A DNA stretch of 41,467 nucleotides from Microcystaceae cyanobacterium (GTDB taxonomy: Bacteria > Cyanobacteriota > Cyanobacteriia > Cyanobacteriales > Microcystaceae), in the NCBI GenBank assembly GCA_041746575.1, contig JBGTGT010000035.1:1-41467 (forward strand). Direction: 5' to 3'. This document shows positions 1 to 9,949 of the stretch, one piece after another (position 1 is the stretch's first letter; each line of letters begins with the position of its first letter). Position numbers and translations under genes: made by a program. A model generated the notes under the pieces. That model was not told the DNA's origin. It searched no databases and was given only the letters and a program-made list of their open reading frames with translations.

Positions 1-1401
1 GCGATAGCAGGCAGTGACTACACGGCTACCAATGGCACTCTTACCTTTGCGGCTGGCACCACCAGTCAGACAATCACTGTACCCATTATCAATGATACGG
101 TTTCAGAAGGACAAGAAACCTTTAACCTCAACCTTTCTAACGCTATCGGGGCGAATATTGGCGATGGAGTAGCCACAGGAACGATTCTTGATAATGATCC
201 TCCCCCCACTATCTCTATCAATGATGTAACAGTTAATGAAAACGACGGTACCGCCACTTTTGGCGTGGCCTTATCGGCACTCAGTAGCTTTCCAGTTAGC
301 GTGGACTTTGCTACCAGCAATGGTACAGCTGTCAGTGGGAGTGACTACACTGCTACTAATGGCACTTTAACCTTCGCGGCTGGCACAACGACGAAAACCG
401 TCACCGTGGCGATTGTCAATGATACGGTTTCAGAAGGACAAGAAACCTTCAACCTCAACCTATCCAACCCCACTGGGGCAACGCTTGCCGATGGAGTAGG
501 GGTCGCAACGATTATCGATGATGATCTTTCTTCTGCTCTCTCTATCAATGATGTGACGGTTAATGAAAACGCCGGCACTGCCACTTTTACGGTTAGCTTG
601 TCATCCGCCAGCAGTTCCCCTGTTAGCGTGAACTATGCCACCGCCGATGGTACGGCTTCAACCACGAGTAATTTTTTCCCCAGTGCCTTGGATTACGTTA
701 AGACGACTGGAACGTTGACCTTTGCCCCTAACGAAGTCAGCAAAACCATCAGTATCTCTATCAATGACGACATTGCCATCGAAGGAAATGAAACCTTCAC
801 CGTCAATTTATCGAACGCTTCTGGGGCAAGCATCGCTGATGCAACCGGTTTGGGGACAATCGTTGAGAATGATGGCACGCAATTGTCAAATGGTTTAATT
901 ACCTACACCTTTAATGGCGCCACTCAGCGAGCCGCATCCTTGAATTTTTCAGGTATTGATCCCCTAACAGGCAGTCCAGTCGGGATTCTTGTTACTGCCA
1001 GCGAAGAAGGGGTGGCTAAAGATGTCATGCGCTCCAACCTTGGTCTCGGCGTGGCAGGTGAAGCTAATCCCAGCGATCCATTTAACATTGAAATTGATGG
1101 CAAAGGACCTGGTGGCGACAATACAGGTACAGGTGGTCTTGAAGAACTCTTACTCACTTTTGATCGGCCGGTTAAACTTGAGACGATGACCTTCAAATCT
1201 TCTAACAACGACGATGATTATGCTATTCGCATTGATGGGATGAATTGGATTGCGCGAAATGGTTTAACCAGTCCTAAGTTTCTGCCCTTAGATGTGTCTT
1301 CTTTTAATGGTATCGGCACTGAGTTTACTTTTACAGTCCAATCCAATATTGGCTCTGATGATTATGTGTTGAACAAAATTCAAGTGTCATCCATCGTCTA
1401 A
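1..1401 (+). CDS. Calx-beta repeat surface/adhesin-like protein, 5' partial (frame is open from base 1; the ORF-track start at 265 is internal)
   Basis: Frame 1 reads AIAGSDYTATNGTLTFAAGTTSQTITVPIINDTVSEGQETFNLNLSN... continuously into the 265..1401 ORF. At least three Calx-beta units (SINDVTVNE..GTATF.V.LS....V.V.YAT..GTA..DY....GTLTF..G...KTI...I.DD...EG.ETF...LSN) are followed by a ~170-aa non-repeat C-terminal region. Confidence 0.9.
   Translation, partial: AIAGSDYTATNGTLTFAAGTTSQTITVPIINDTVSEGQETFNLNLSNAIGANIGDGVATGTILDNDPPPTISINDVTVNENDGTATFGVALSALSSFPVSVDFATSNGTAVSGSDYTATNGTLTFAAGTTTKTVTVAIVNDTVSEGQETFNLNLSNPTGATLADGVGVATIIDDDLSSALSINDVTVNENAGTATFTVSLSSASSSPVSVNYATADGTASTTSNFFPSALDYVKTTGTLTFAPNEVSKTISISINDDIAIEGNETFTVNLSNASGASIADATGLGTIVENDGTQLSNGLITYTFNGATQRAASLNFSGIDPLTGSPVGILVTASEEGVAKDVMRSNLGLGVAGEANPSDPFNIEIDGKGPGGDNTGTGGLEELLLTFDRPVKLETMTFKSSNNDDDYAIRIDGMNWIARNGLTSPKFLPLDVSSFNGIGTEFTFTVQSNIGSDDYVLNKIQVSSIV
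10..470 (+). repeat. Intragenic direct repeat, period 327 bp (109 codons), encoding Calx-beta units
   Basis: gactacac..gct.c.aatggcact...aatgatacggtttcagaaggacaagaaacctt.aacctcaacct occurs starting at 16 and again at 343. Confidence 0.85.
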
Positions 1402-1442
1402 ATCTTCCCCTTGTCCTTCCTTTAGCTCACAGATCCTGACCC

Positions 1443-1475
1443 TAAGGCGGTAGTATTTCTACCGTCTTATTTTTT
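1443..1475 (+). terminator. Intrinsic terminator after the Calx-beta gene
   Basis: TAAGGCGGTAG-tattt-CTACCGTCTTA: 11-bp stem with one G-U pair, followed by a T run. Confidence 0.8.
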
Positions 1476-1520
1476 ACTGTTATTAAAAATCTTGTTGTTG
1501 ATTCTGGAGATCACACTCTT

Positions 1521-2363
1521 ATGGTGCATCCTCGTACCCCTCTCACGCCTTCCGATCGCGAACATCAGGTTTTTCCTCAAAATAAAAGCCCAAAAATGCC
1601 AAAAATCACTGTTTCCCGCCATCAGTTCCCCCAAGTCAAGATCCTGAATACTGTCATTGACAATCTTTCTTGGCCAGAATTTTTACATCGCTTAGATTAT
1701 GGTATTGTTTTCACCCCTAATGTTGATCATTTAATGCTGCTACGCAAAGATCCTGAATTAGTGTCTGCCTACCGACAGGCCGATTATCGAGTCTGTGATA
1801 GTCAGATTCTTGTCTATGCTTCCCGTTTTCTGGGTACACCCCTTAAGGCTAAAATTGCTGGCTCTGATCTACTGCCGACCTTTTGTAAATACCATCGCCA
1901 TAATGAAGCCATTAAGATTTTCCTCTTAGGAGGGGATCAGGGCATTCCGCAACAAGCCCAAGCCAACATTAACACCCGCGTTGGCCGAAAGATTGTCGTG
2001 GATGCTCACTCTCCTTCCTTTGGTTTTGAGCGGGATGAAGAAGAGTGTCAGTTTATTATCGACAAAATTCGTCATTCTACTGCCACCGTCTTAGTGGTAG
2101 GGCTAGGCTGTCCAAAACAGGAAAAGTGGATCGTTAAGTATCGCCATCAGCTCCCGAATATTCGTATTTTTATGGCATTAGGAGCGGCTATTGATTTTGA
2201 AGCCGGCCATAAACCCCGATCTCCTCGCCTATTAAGTAAAATCGGACTAGAATGGCTTTATCGTTTGCTTTCAGAACCCAAACGTCTTTGGCGACGTTAT
2301 CTTATTAGAGATATGTATTTCCTGTGGTTATTATTGGGACAGAAACTGATTTGGAAACAATAA
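1521..2363 (+). CDS. WecB/TagA/CpsF family glycosyltransferase (GT26)
   Basis: FTPNVDHL, CDSQIL, IAGSDL, IFLLGG, VVGLGCPKQEKW, GAAIDF..G...RSP, GLEWLYRL..EPKRLWRRY motifs. Alternative start at 1596. Confidence 0.92.
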   Translation: MVHPRTPLTPSDREHQVFPQNKSPKMPKITVSRHQFPQVKILNTVIDNLSWPEFLHRLDYGIVFTPNVDHLMLLRKDPELVSAYRQADYRVCDSQILVYASRFLGTPLKAKIAGSDLLPTFCKYHRHNEAIKIFLLGGDQGIPQQAQANINTRVGRKIVVDAHSPSFGFERDEEECQFIIDKIRHSTATVLVVGLGCPKQEKWIVKYRHQLPNIRIFMALGAAIDFEAGHKPRSPRLLSKIGLEWLYRLLSEPKRLWRRYLIRDMYFLWLLLGQKLIWKQ

Positions 2364-2368
2364 AAAAA

Positions 2369-3424
2369 ATGGTCTCTTCCTTTATTGATCCTGAATCTCG
2401 GCTAAAAACAAGAAAAATGTCCCTTGGTATTCCCCCTTACATTCAAATTGTCGGTCATGGCCGCTCTGGAACAAATTGGTTGCTGGATATCTTAGATGCC
2501 AGTGAGTTCTCCCATTGCCGTAATGAACCCGATGAAGTCCCCGAATCCTGCCTCGCCTATCTTCATCGTTTATGGTACTCAGACAAAGCCCTAGAATCGG
2601 TGACAGAGCAATGGGATAGCCAAATTCGTCAAGCGAAATTGTGTATGAGTAAACGGGATCATCACGTTGAAACCCCGAAAAAACATATTTATCCCTTCGC
2701 TCAAAAATCGGGACTTGCCACCTTGCCCACCCGTGCTAAAGCCCGACAAGTGCTACAAGCTTTTTTCCCTGAATTGCGTCGAGGGGAATGGAAAGTTCCT
2801 CGGTGGATAGCCGATGAAGACCGTCTCGCCCAAGCCTGTGCCGTGTTTAAAATTAATATGTTAGTGGCTTGGTTTGTCAGTTGGTTACTCAATGAACGTC
2901 CTCAAATCCCCGTCATCCACATCGTACGCCATCCGGGGGGCTATTTTAACTCTTCTCTCCAACGATTTTTCTCGAAACGCACCGACGCTGAATTAGCGGC
3001 AGAATCTCAGTTTTATAAAACCCTTCTTCGCACAGCAGTTCAAGTCTATCCTCAATGGGCTAACCGAATCGGTGATATCGATGCCCTGAGCTTAAAAGAG
3101 GCAGTTCTTTGGTTTTGGTGTCTCAATAACGAGATGATTTACCGAGAGGGCAAAGAAAAACCGAATTATCGCCTCCTGATTTACGAGGACATGGTAGCAA
3201 ATTCCCAAGAAAATTGCCGCAAAATTTACGATTTCTGTCGCTTGCCTTGGAATCATACCGTAGAGCAACAAATCGCTCACGGATTGGGTCAATCGGTCTG
3301 GGGAAATTTAAAAGCCAGTCCAACGGAAGTTGCCCAAGCTTGGCATAAACAATTAGAACCAGAAGATCAAGCTTTAGTACAGCAAATTTTAGCGAAAAGT
3401 TTGATGCAATCGTGGTGGCCTTAG
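2369..3424 (+). CDS. Sulfotransferase (Sulfotransfer_3-like)
   Basis: 5'-PSB-like IVGHGRSGTNWL, CRNEP, 3'-PB-like HIVRHPGG, YEDMV. ATG 2369 chosen over the overlapping GTG 2324. Confidence 0.82.
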   Translation: MVSSFIDPESRLKTRKMSLGIPPYIQIVGHGRSGTNWLLDILDASEFSHCRNEPDEVPESCLAYLHRLWYSDKALESVTEQWDSQIRQAKLCMSKRDHHVETPKKHIYPFAQKSGLATLPTRAKARQVLQAFFPELRRGEWKVPRWIADEDRLAQACAVFKINMLVAWFVSWLLNERPQIPVIHIVRHPGGYFNSSLQRFFSKRTDAELAAESQFYKTLLRTAVQVYPQWANRIGDIDALSLKEAVLWFWCLNNEMIYREGKEKPNYRLLIYEDMVANSQENCRKIYDFCRLPWNHTVEQQIAHGLGQSVWGNLKASPTEVAQAWHKQLEPEDQALVQQILAKSLMQSWWP

Positions 3425-3550
3425 TTCGTTTTTTCCTTTACAATACTCAATGATAAAGCGGAACATCTGCTTTCCTCGATACCCGTCCTCATTTTCGCCA
3501 CCTCTCGGCTAGCATCATCCTCATTCCATTCCTTGTAATCTATCATTGAT

Positions 3551-4561
3551 ATGTTTATGGCTAAAGTTGGAATCGTTACCATCGGCAGAAACGAAGGACA
3601 AAGGCTTATCAACGCTTTAACCTCCATCAAACACAATGCACCAGAGGGTACACCTGTCATTTATGTTGATTCAGGCTCAACCGATCAGAGCTGCGAAAAA
3701 GCCCGAACATTAGGGGCAGAAGTTGTCCACTTAGACTTGTCCATCCCCTTTACGGCGGCTAGAGGACGCAACGCCGGTTTTGCCAGACTCCTAGAATTAC
3801 ATCCAGCAATAGAATTTGTCCAATTTATGGATGGAGATTGCGAATTAGTAGAAAATTGGCTAGAAAACGCCATTGAAGCCTTTGCTCAACACCCTGATGT
3901 AGTCGCCATTTGTGGTTGGCGTCGCGAAAAATACCCCGAAAGCAGTCCCTATAATCGGGTTTGTGATATGGAATGGCAAATGGGCAATGTGGGAGAGATA
4001 TCTTGCTTTGGGGGAGAAGTGATGATTAAAACGACGGCTTTTCAACAAGTCAACGGCTACGATAATACCGTCATTGCGGCCGAAGATGATGAACTATCCG
4101 TCAGATTGCGTCAGCAAACCCAAGGGAAACTAATGAGAATTGACCATAATTGCAGTCTTCATGATGCGGATATCCATAGCGTCTTTCAGTGGTGGAAACG
4201 CCTCAAACGCTCAGGCTATGCCTACGCTCAAGTTGCTCAAATGCACGGCGCCCCTCCCGAATACAAGTTTGTCAAAGAACTCAAACGGGTTTTCTTGTGG
4301 GGCTTAATCGTTCCTTTTGTGAGCTTAGCCCTAGCGATCTTTAGCCAAGGATTATCCCTACTGATTTTTTTCCGTTACCCGTTATCTGCGGCGATGGTCG
4401 CTTATAGAAGTCGTAACAAACAGTTCACTTGGGCTGAAAGCTTATTTTGGGGGCTTTCTTGTGCTTTTTCTCCTTTTCCCGGCGTTTCAGGTGCGCTCAA
4501 ATATTACCTAGACCGTTGGCGCAACAAAGAATATGCCATCATTGAGTATAAAAAAGCTTAA
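3551..4561 (+). CDS. Glycosyltransferase family 2 with C-terminal TM segments
   Basis: VTIGRNEG, YVDSGSTD, FTAARGRNAG, DxD motif FMDGDC, AAEDDEL. Confidence 0.9.
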   Translation: MFMAKVGIVTIGRNEGQRLINALTSIKHNAPEGTPVIYVDSGSTDQSCEKARTLGAEVVHLDLSIPFTAARGRNAGFARLLELHPAIEFVQFMDGDCELVENWLENAIEAFAQHPDVVAICGWRREKYPESSPYNRVCDMEWQMGNVGEISCFGGEVMIKTTAFQQVNGYDNTVIAAEDDELSVRLRQQTQGKLMRIDHNCSLHDADIHSVFQWWKRLKRSGYAYAQVAQMHGAPPEYKFVKELKRVFLWGLIVPFVSLALAIFSQGLSLLIFFRYPLSAAMVAYRSRNKQFTWAESLFWGLSCAFSPFPGVSGALKYYLDRWRNKEYAIIEYKKA

Positions 4562-4617
4562 GATCCTTCCTGAAGGTAACCCAATTTTGATTAATTTATG
4601 GCAAAGGACTAAAATTT

Positions 4618-6768
4618 ATGACAAATCTTAATCTAAGCAGTCAATCCGTTAAAGTGGGCCTAGTGGGAACCGGATATATTGCCGATCCCCATTATAAAGG
4701 TTTACGCTTATTAGCACCTCAAGTCGAGATCGTCTCCGTTTGCGATTTAAACACGGCGCTGGCTCAACAATTTGCCCAAGCCCGACAAATTCCCAAAGTT
4801 TATACCAACCTTCAGGAGATGCTCACCGCAGAATCTCTCGATGTCGTTCATATTTTAACCCCGCCTCCCCTGCACTATCCCCTTGCTGCTCAAGCACTAG
4901 AGGCAGGTGTCGATGTTTTTATTGAAAAACCCTTTTGTCACAGAGTCGTCGATTGTCAAGACTTAAGAAAAAAAGCCCAAGTCGCCAATCGAGTCATTGG
5001 CATTAGCCACAATTTTCTCTATGCTAGCCCTTATGAACGCTTATTAACTGATATTCAAAAGGGTTATCTAGGTAAAATTGATCAAATTGACATTGTTTGG
5101 AATCGTAATCTGGGTCTCGTCAAAAATGGTCCTTTTACCAATTGGATGTTACAACACCCTCAAAACATTCTCTTTGAAGTTGCCCCTCATTCCTTTGCTC
5201 ATGTCATGCACCTCTTGGGTAAGCTCGATACTATCCACGTCGAAGCTAAAGATAAAGTCGATTTACCCCGCGGCTTAGAATTCTATCAACGGTGGGAAAT
5301 ATCGGGCTGGAAAGGCAATACAAGTATCAATATGAGATTTTCCTTTATCGAAGCCTATTCAGAATATTATATTCATGTTCGCGGTAGTAATGGTGCCGCT
5401 TTCGTTGATTTTGAAAACAATAATTATACTCTCCAAGAAAAAACGTCTGATCAACTCGATATAGATCGGTATTTTAATACGCTCAAGATGGCTAAAGAGC
5501 GTTTCCTACAAGCTCATGAGACGATGAGCAGTACCATTTTGGCTAAAGTGGGCCTCGCTAAAGGAGGCGCACCCTTTGAAGATAGTATTGCCCGCACCAT
5601 TGCCAACTTTTACCAAACCCGAGAAACGGGGCTAGATGAGCGAATATCTCCTCAATTGGCAGAAGATGCCGTCGCTTTAGCGGAATGGATAGCGCAGGAA
5701 GCCTATTTACCTGAGCCAAAGCCCCTAAACCTGACGGAATTGACTTTCCCCACCCCAACTGAAAAATCAACGGTCTTAGTGACAGGCGGCACAGGGTTTA
5801 TCGGTAAAGCCCTTGTCAAGTCTCTTCGTAAAGAAGGCTATGGTGTCAGATTAATCACACGAGATCCGAATAATTGTCCTCAAGAACTTCTGGAATTAGG
5901 CATAGAAGTGGCTAAAGGGGACTTCAGAAACCCAGAAACGCTTGACGAGGCACTAGAGGGCATTGAATATGTTTATCATTTAGCGCGTCACTTGGGCAAA
6001 AATTGGCCGGAGTTTTTGAGCCTTGACGTACAGCCAACCATTGAAATGGCCAAATTGTGTATGAAGCACAAGGTTAAACGATTTTTTTACACTTCTTCTA
6101 TTGCTATTTATGATGTCGGACAAAAAGAGGCAACCATTACAGAAAAAACACCGCCTCATCATGGAGTTCTCCGAGCGATTCCCTATGCTCATGCTAAAGC
6201 TGAAAATGAGCGAATACTCTTAGAAATGCACAAAAATGAAGGCTTACCTGTGGTTATTTTCCGCCCTGCCGTGGTATTAGGCTCTGGTGGTGATCCCTGC
6301 CATCTGGGTATTGCCAGTTGGCCAAGTAAGTCGGTCTGTTCAATCTGGGGCGATGGCGATCGCCTGTTACCGATTGTCTTGGTGGATGATGTCGCCGGTG
6401 CGATGACCAAAGCCATTACAGTTAAAGAGATTGAAGGAGAAGATTTTAATCTGAGTAGTGTTTCTTCTATCACGATCAATGAGTATTTGGATGAGTTAGA
6501 AAAATATGCTAACCTTAAGCTTCGTCGCTTAAATATCCCTCCCGTAAATTACTATTTATCGGGTTTGGCAAAATGGCTTATTAAAACATTAGGGAAAGAT
6601 AAAACGGCGATTTTTCCCAGTTACACAGAAGCAACAAGTCGGGGATTCGGCTCAGTATTTGACTGTTCTAAGGCGGAAAAAATGCTGGATTGGCATCCCA
6701 TCCAAGATCGAGAAGAATTAATCGTCAGAGCCATTAAACTACCCGCCGAAGAATTCTACGCCAGTTAG
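4618..6768 (+). CDS. Fusion of a Gfo/Idh/MocA oxidoreductase (N) and an NAD-dependent epimerase/dehydratase extended SDR (C)
   Basis: N part: GLVGTGYIA, LDVVHILTPP..HY, IEKPF. C part: VLVTGGTGFIG, YTSS, YAHAK (YxxxK), FRPAVVLG. Confidence 0.88.
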   Translation: MTNLNLSSQSVKVGLVGTGYIADPHYKGLRLLAPQVEIVSVCDLNTALAQQFAQARQIPKVYTNLQEMLTAESLDVVHILTPPPLHYPLAAQALEAGVDVFIEKPFCHRVVDCQDLRKKAQVANRVIGISHNFLYASPYERLLTDIQKGYLGKIDQIDIVWNRNLGLVKNGPFTNWMLQHPQNILFEVAPHSFAHVMHLLGKLDTIHVEAKDKVDLPRGLEFYQRWEISGWKGNTSINMRFSFIEAYSEYYIHVRGSNGAAFVDFENNNYTLQEKTSDQLDIDRYFNTLKMAKERFLQAHETMSSTILAKVGLAKGGAPFEDSIARTIANFYQTRETGLDERISPQLAEDAVALAEWIAQEAYLPEPKPLNLTELTFPTPTEKSTVLVTGGTGFIGKALVKSLRKEGYGVRLITRDPNNCPQELLELGIEVAKGDFRNPETLDEALEGIEYVYHLARHLGKNWPEFLSLDVQPTIEMAKLCMKHKVKRFFYTSSIAIYDVGQKEATITEKTPPHHGVLRAIPYAHAKAENERILLEMHKNEGLPVVIFRPAVVLGSGGDPCHLGIASWPSKSVCSIWGDGDRLLPIVLVDDVAGAMTKAITVKEIEGEDFNLSSVSSITINEYLDELEKYANLKLRRLNIPPVNYYLSGLAKWLIKTLGKDKTAIFPSYTEATSRGFGSVFDCSKAEKMLDWHPIQDREELIVRAIKLPAEEFYAS

Positions 6769-6882
6769 GTGTAGGCATTTGGGAAAACATCCCGTCATTT
6801 TCCGGCGTTCAATTTAACCCTCAAAATCGCGTATCTCACGTTGCTTCCCTCAGTCTCCCCCAGCAAAAGGAGTTTAATATTA

Positions 6883-7938
6883 ATGTCAAAAGTATTACGC
6901 ACAGGCGTTATTGGTACAGGGGCGATTTCTAAGGAGCATCTGACGTTTTTACAGGCTTCTGAGAAAAGTCATCTCGTCGGCGTCTGTGATCTATCCCCTG
7001 CGGCGGCTCATTATGCAGCTCAACGATTTCAAGCCGATGCCGCCTATACAGATTACCCAAAAATGTTGGCAGAAGCACAGCCCGATGTTGTGCATATCCT
7101 GACACCGCCCAATACTCATCAATGGATTGCCACCGATTGCCTGAAAGCAGGATCTCATGTGATTTGTGAAAAACCGATCACCCCCACTTATCATGAATTT
7201 AAGGATCTGTGGGAAATCGCTCAAGCTTGCGATCGCCATCTCATTGAAGACTATAATTATCTTTTCAATGAACCCATTCTCGCCATCAACGATAAGATCC
7301 AGTCGGGAGAATTAGGCGACATCCAAGAAGTAGAAATTCGAGTCGCCTTAGATGTGCGTAGCGGGGGGCGTTTTGCCGATGAAAACTTACCCAATCCTGT
7401 TCACCGTTTGCCGGCGGGCGTCATTCATGACGTAATTACTCACATTTGCTACCTTGCCCTACAATACCTTCCTAGCATTGATCGGGTAGCGGCCGCTTGG
7501 AGTAATCATGGCGGAGGCGATTTATTCAAATACGATGATCTCGATGCCTTAATTATTGGTGACTCGGTTCATGCTCGTCTGCGTTTTAGTAGCCATACTT
7601 GGCCGGAATGCTTTGAGGTGCGGGTACGGGGCAATAAAGGTTATATCGAAACCGACCTCTTTCAGCCCTATCTCAGATGTGTCGTTCCCCGTTCGGGGGG
7701 GAAACAGTTAACCCCCTTAATTAATCATTTTGCCACGGGTGTTTCCTTTGCGACAGCGAGTTTCAAGAATTTTCGTAATAAAATTATGCAAAAAACTTCC
7801 TATGAAGGATTACACCGCTTTTTAGACTTAACCTATACGGCTTTAATTGATCATGAGCCGCTTCCCGTCACCTTTGACATGATGGAGCGCACTAATCGTC
7901 TCATTGATATCTTATTACAGGAGAAACATTATCTATGA
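6883..7938 (+). CDS. Gfo/Idh/MocA family oxidoreductase
   Basis: GVIGTGAIS, PDVVHILTPP..H, CEKPI. AGGAG RBS precedes ATG 6883. Confidence 0.88.
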   Translation: MSKVLRTGVIGTGAISKEHLTFLQASEKSHLVGVCDLSPAAAHYAAQRFQADAAYTDYPKMLAEAQPDVVHILTPPNTHQWIATDCLKAGSHVICEKPITPTYHEFKDLWEIAQACDRHLIEDYNYLFNEPILAINDKIQSGELGDIQEVEIRVALDVRSGGRFADENLPNPVHRLPAGVIHDVITHICYLALQYLPSIDRVAAAWSNHGGGDLFKYDDLDALIIGDSVHARLRFSSHTWPECFEVRVRGNKGYIETDLFQPYLRCVVPRSGGKQLTPLINHFATGVSFATASFKNFRNKIMQKTSYEGLHRFLDLTYTALIDHEPLPVTFDMMERTNRLIDILLQEKHYL

Positions 7939-8948
7939 AACTCTTAATTACTGGAGCATCGGGTTTCTTAGGCAAATATGTGGTGGCTGAAGCCCTGCGT
8001 CAAGGTTACGAAGTGCAAGCGGTTGTGCGACCAATGACAGATGTTAGCCAATTCTCTTGGTTTCAAGATCCTCGCATCGAGTGGGTTCGTTTGGATCTTA
8101 GAAGTCAACAAGGATGGATCGAAACGCTCCAGACAACTGACGCAGTCATTCACCTCGCTGCCGTTAAAGCGGGGGATTTTTATGATCAATTTGCAGGGAC
8201 TGTGGTGGCGACGGAAAATCTCTTGGCTGCAATGGCTCAAGCTCATGTTTTTAAGTTAATCGTTACCAGTACGTTTTCGGTGTATGACTATCTACAGATG
8301 AAAGCGGGAACCATACTGGATGAACAAGCTCCTCTCGAACAGTGTCCTGATGATCGCGATGAATATGCCCGCACCAAACTGATTCAAGAAGATTTAATTC
8401 GGCAATTTGAGCAGAAATACCAAGCTCAGGTCACGATTTTGCGTCCGGGTATGATTTATGGTCGAGAATGTCTCTGGCACGCCCTATTAGGGGCTGAATT
8501 AGGAGAAAATCGCTGGCTAAAAATTGGCGGCAATGCTACCTTACCGATGACTTATGTGGAAAACTGTGCTGAAGCGATCATGACAGCAGTGACTGCCGAA
8601 GCCGCCATCGGACAAACCATTAATATTGTCGATGATGAATTACCTACGCAAAATGAATACATTCAAGGTTTGCTGAAGCGAACGGATTCTCCCCCTAAAT
8701 TGATTCCCGTTAGCTGGTTTGCAATGAAAAGCATCAGTCACCTTGCTTGGTGGGTTCGGGAGACTTGGCTAGGCGGTAAAGCTCGCTTACCCGGAATTTT
8801 AGTTCCTGCCAAACTGTATGCTCGTTTTAATCCCCTAAAATATAGTAATGCCCTTGCCCACGAATTACTGCAATGGCAACCCCGTTATTGCTTTGAAACC
8901 TCTTTAGATCGCAGTTATAGTGCCGAGGATTTGCTACAGGTTGAATAA
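7935..8948 (+). CDS. NAD-dependent epimerase/dehydratase (extended SDR)
   Basis: LITGASGFLG, VIHLAA, YARTK (YxxxK), LRPGMIYG. ATGA overlap with the upstream gene. Confidence 0.9.
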   Translation: MKLLITGASGFLGKYVVAEALRQGYEVQAVVRPMTDVSQFSWFQDPRIEWVRLDLRSQQGWIETLQTTDAVIHLAAVKAGDFYDQFAGTVVATENLLAAMAQAHVFKLIVTSTFSVYDYLQMKAGTILDEQAPLEQCPDDRDEYARTKLIQEDLIRQFEQKYQAQVTILRPGMIYGRECLWHALLGAELGENRWLKIGGNATLPMTYVENCAEAIMTAVTAEAAIGQTINIVDDELPTQNEYIQGLLKRTDSPPKLIPVSWFAMKSISHLAWWVRETWLGGKARLPGILVPAKLYARFNPLKYSNALAHELLQWQPRYCFETSLDRSYSAEDLLQVE

Positions 8949-8997
8949 TGATTGGTGCTATGTCTAATCTGTTTTGAGAAATATCAATTATCAGCAA

Positions 8998-9083
8998 TCT
9001 ATCATAAAGAGGCTTCACTTAGACTACTAGCAATTTCTTAATCCCTCTATCATAAAAAGACTTACTTAAACTACTAGCAGTTT
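8998..9083. repeat. Imperfect intergenic direct repeat (two ~38-bp copies)
   Basis: tctatcataaagaggcttcacttagactactagcaattt vs tctatcataaaaagacttacttaaactactagcagttt. Confidence 0.7.
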
Positions 9084-9108
9084 TTTGATAATTTGAGGAG
9101 ATCGAAAC

Positions 9109-9934
9109 ATGACCCTTCCTAATGTCTTTATTGTTGGCGCAATGAAAGCTGGGACAACGTGGCTTTCCTACAATTTGTCCAGCCATCCTCAAGTTTTTAT
9201 TCCTAAACGTGAATTACATTACTTTAATAATCCCAAAATCGTTGGAAGGAATGAGAAGTGGTACAAAAGACAGTTTGCCAAGGCTGGAGAAGCTAAAGCC
9301 ATTGGGGAAAAAACCGCCGGCTATCTTCTGGGTGAGGAAATTCCTAAACGCATCTCCGATATTCTCCCCGATGCAAAGATTATTATAGTTTTGAGAGATC
9401 CGGTGAAAAGGGCGATTTCGCAGATCAACCATCATATTCGTTATGCTAACATCCCTTTCTATCTTGATCCTAATAATTTCATCAATTCAGATTTTTTTTT
9501 GCAATTTGATCAAGAGTATGCGATCTTGGAGCGAGGGCGTTACTTACCGCAAATTCAGCGTTACTATAATTTCTTTGCTCCTGCTCAAGTTTTGATTTTG
9601 ATTAATGAGCTTGATATTAAGAAAAATGCCAAGGAAACGCTAGTCAAAATCTGTCATTTTCTTGAAATAGACCCCAGTTACGATTTTCCTCTAAAAGATC
9701 AAAAGATCCATGCGAATCGCAGTTCTAAAATGGGGGCTTTTTTAGCTTATCACATATCTATGATTCGACCCCTCATTACTAAAGTTGATAGATTTATTCC
9801 AGGTAACAAAGTTCCTCCTTTTACAACCCAGTCCCTCAGAAATCAAAAAAATGTATCGGATTTATGAGAACGACAATCAAGAATTGTGTAATTTCCTGCA
9901 GATGAATCTTCTCGATATCTGGATCTGGGAGTAA
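9109..9934 (+). CDS. Sulfotransferase (Sulfotransfer_1 / heparan 3-O-sulfotransferase-like) with an apparent 1-nt frameshift at ~9819-9823; as read, the ORF ends at 9867
   Basis: FIVGAMKAGTTWL, RELHYF, GEKTAGY, VLRDPVKRAIS. A family-like tail (PSEIKKMYRIYENDNQELCNFLQMNLLDIW) continues in the +1 frame to TAA 9932-9934. Confidence 0.82.
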
Positions 9935-9949
9935 GATAGCCATTATCCT

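Noticed and set aside
66..878. Minus-strand ORFs 66..320, 345..584 and 693..878 that resemble each other
   Set aside because: Antisense shadows of the Calx-beta repeats.
8998..9083. Possible mini-CRISPR array
   Set aside because: Only two imperfect copies, a ~10-bp gap and no cas genes.
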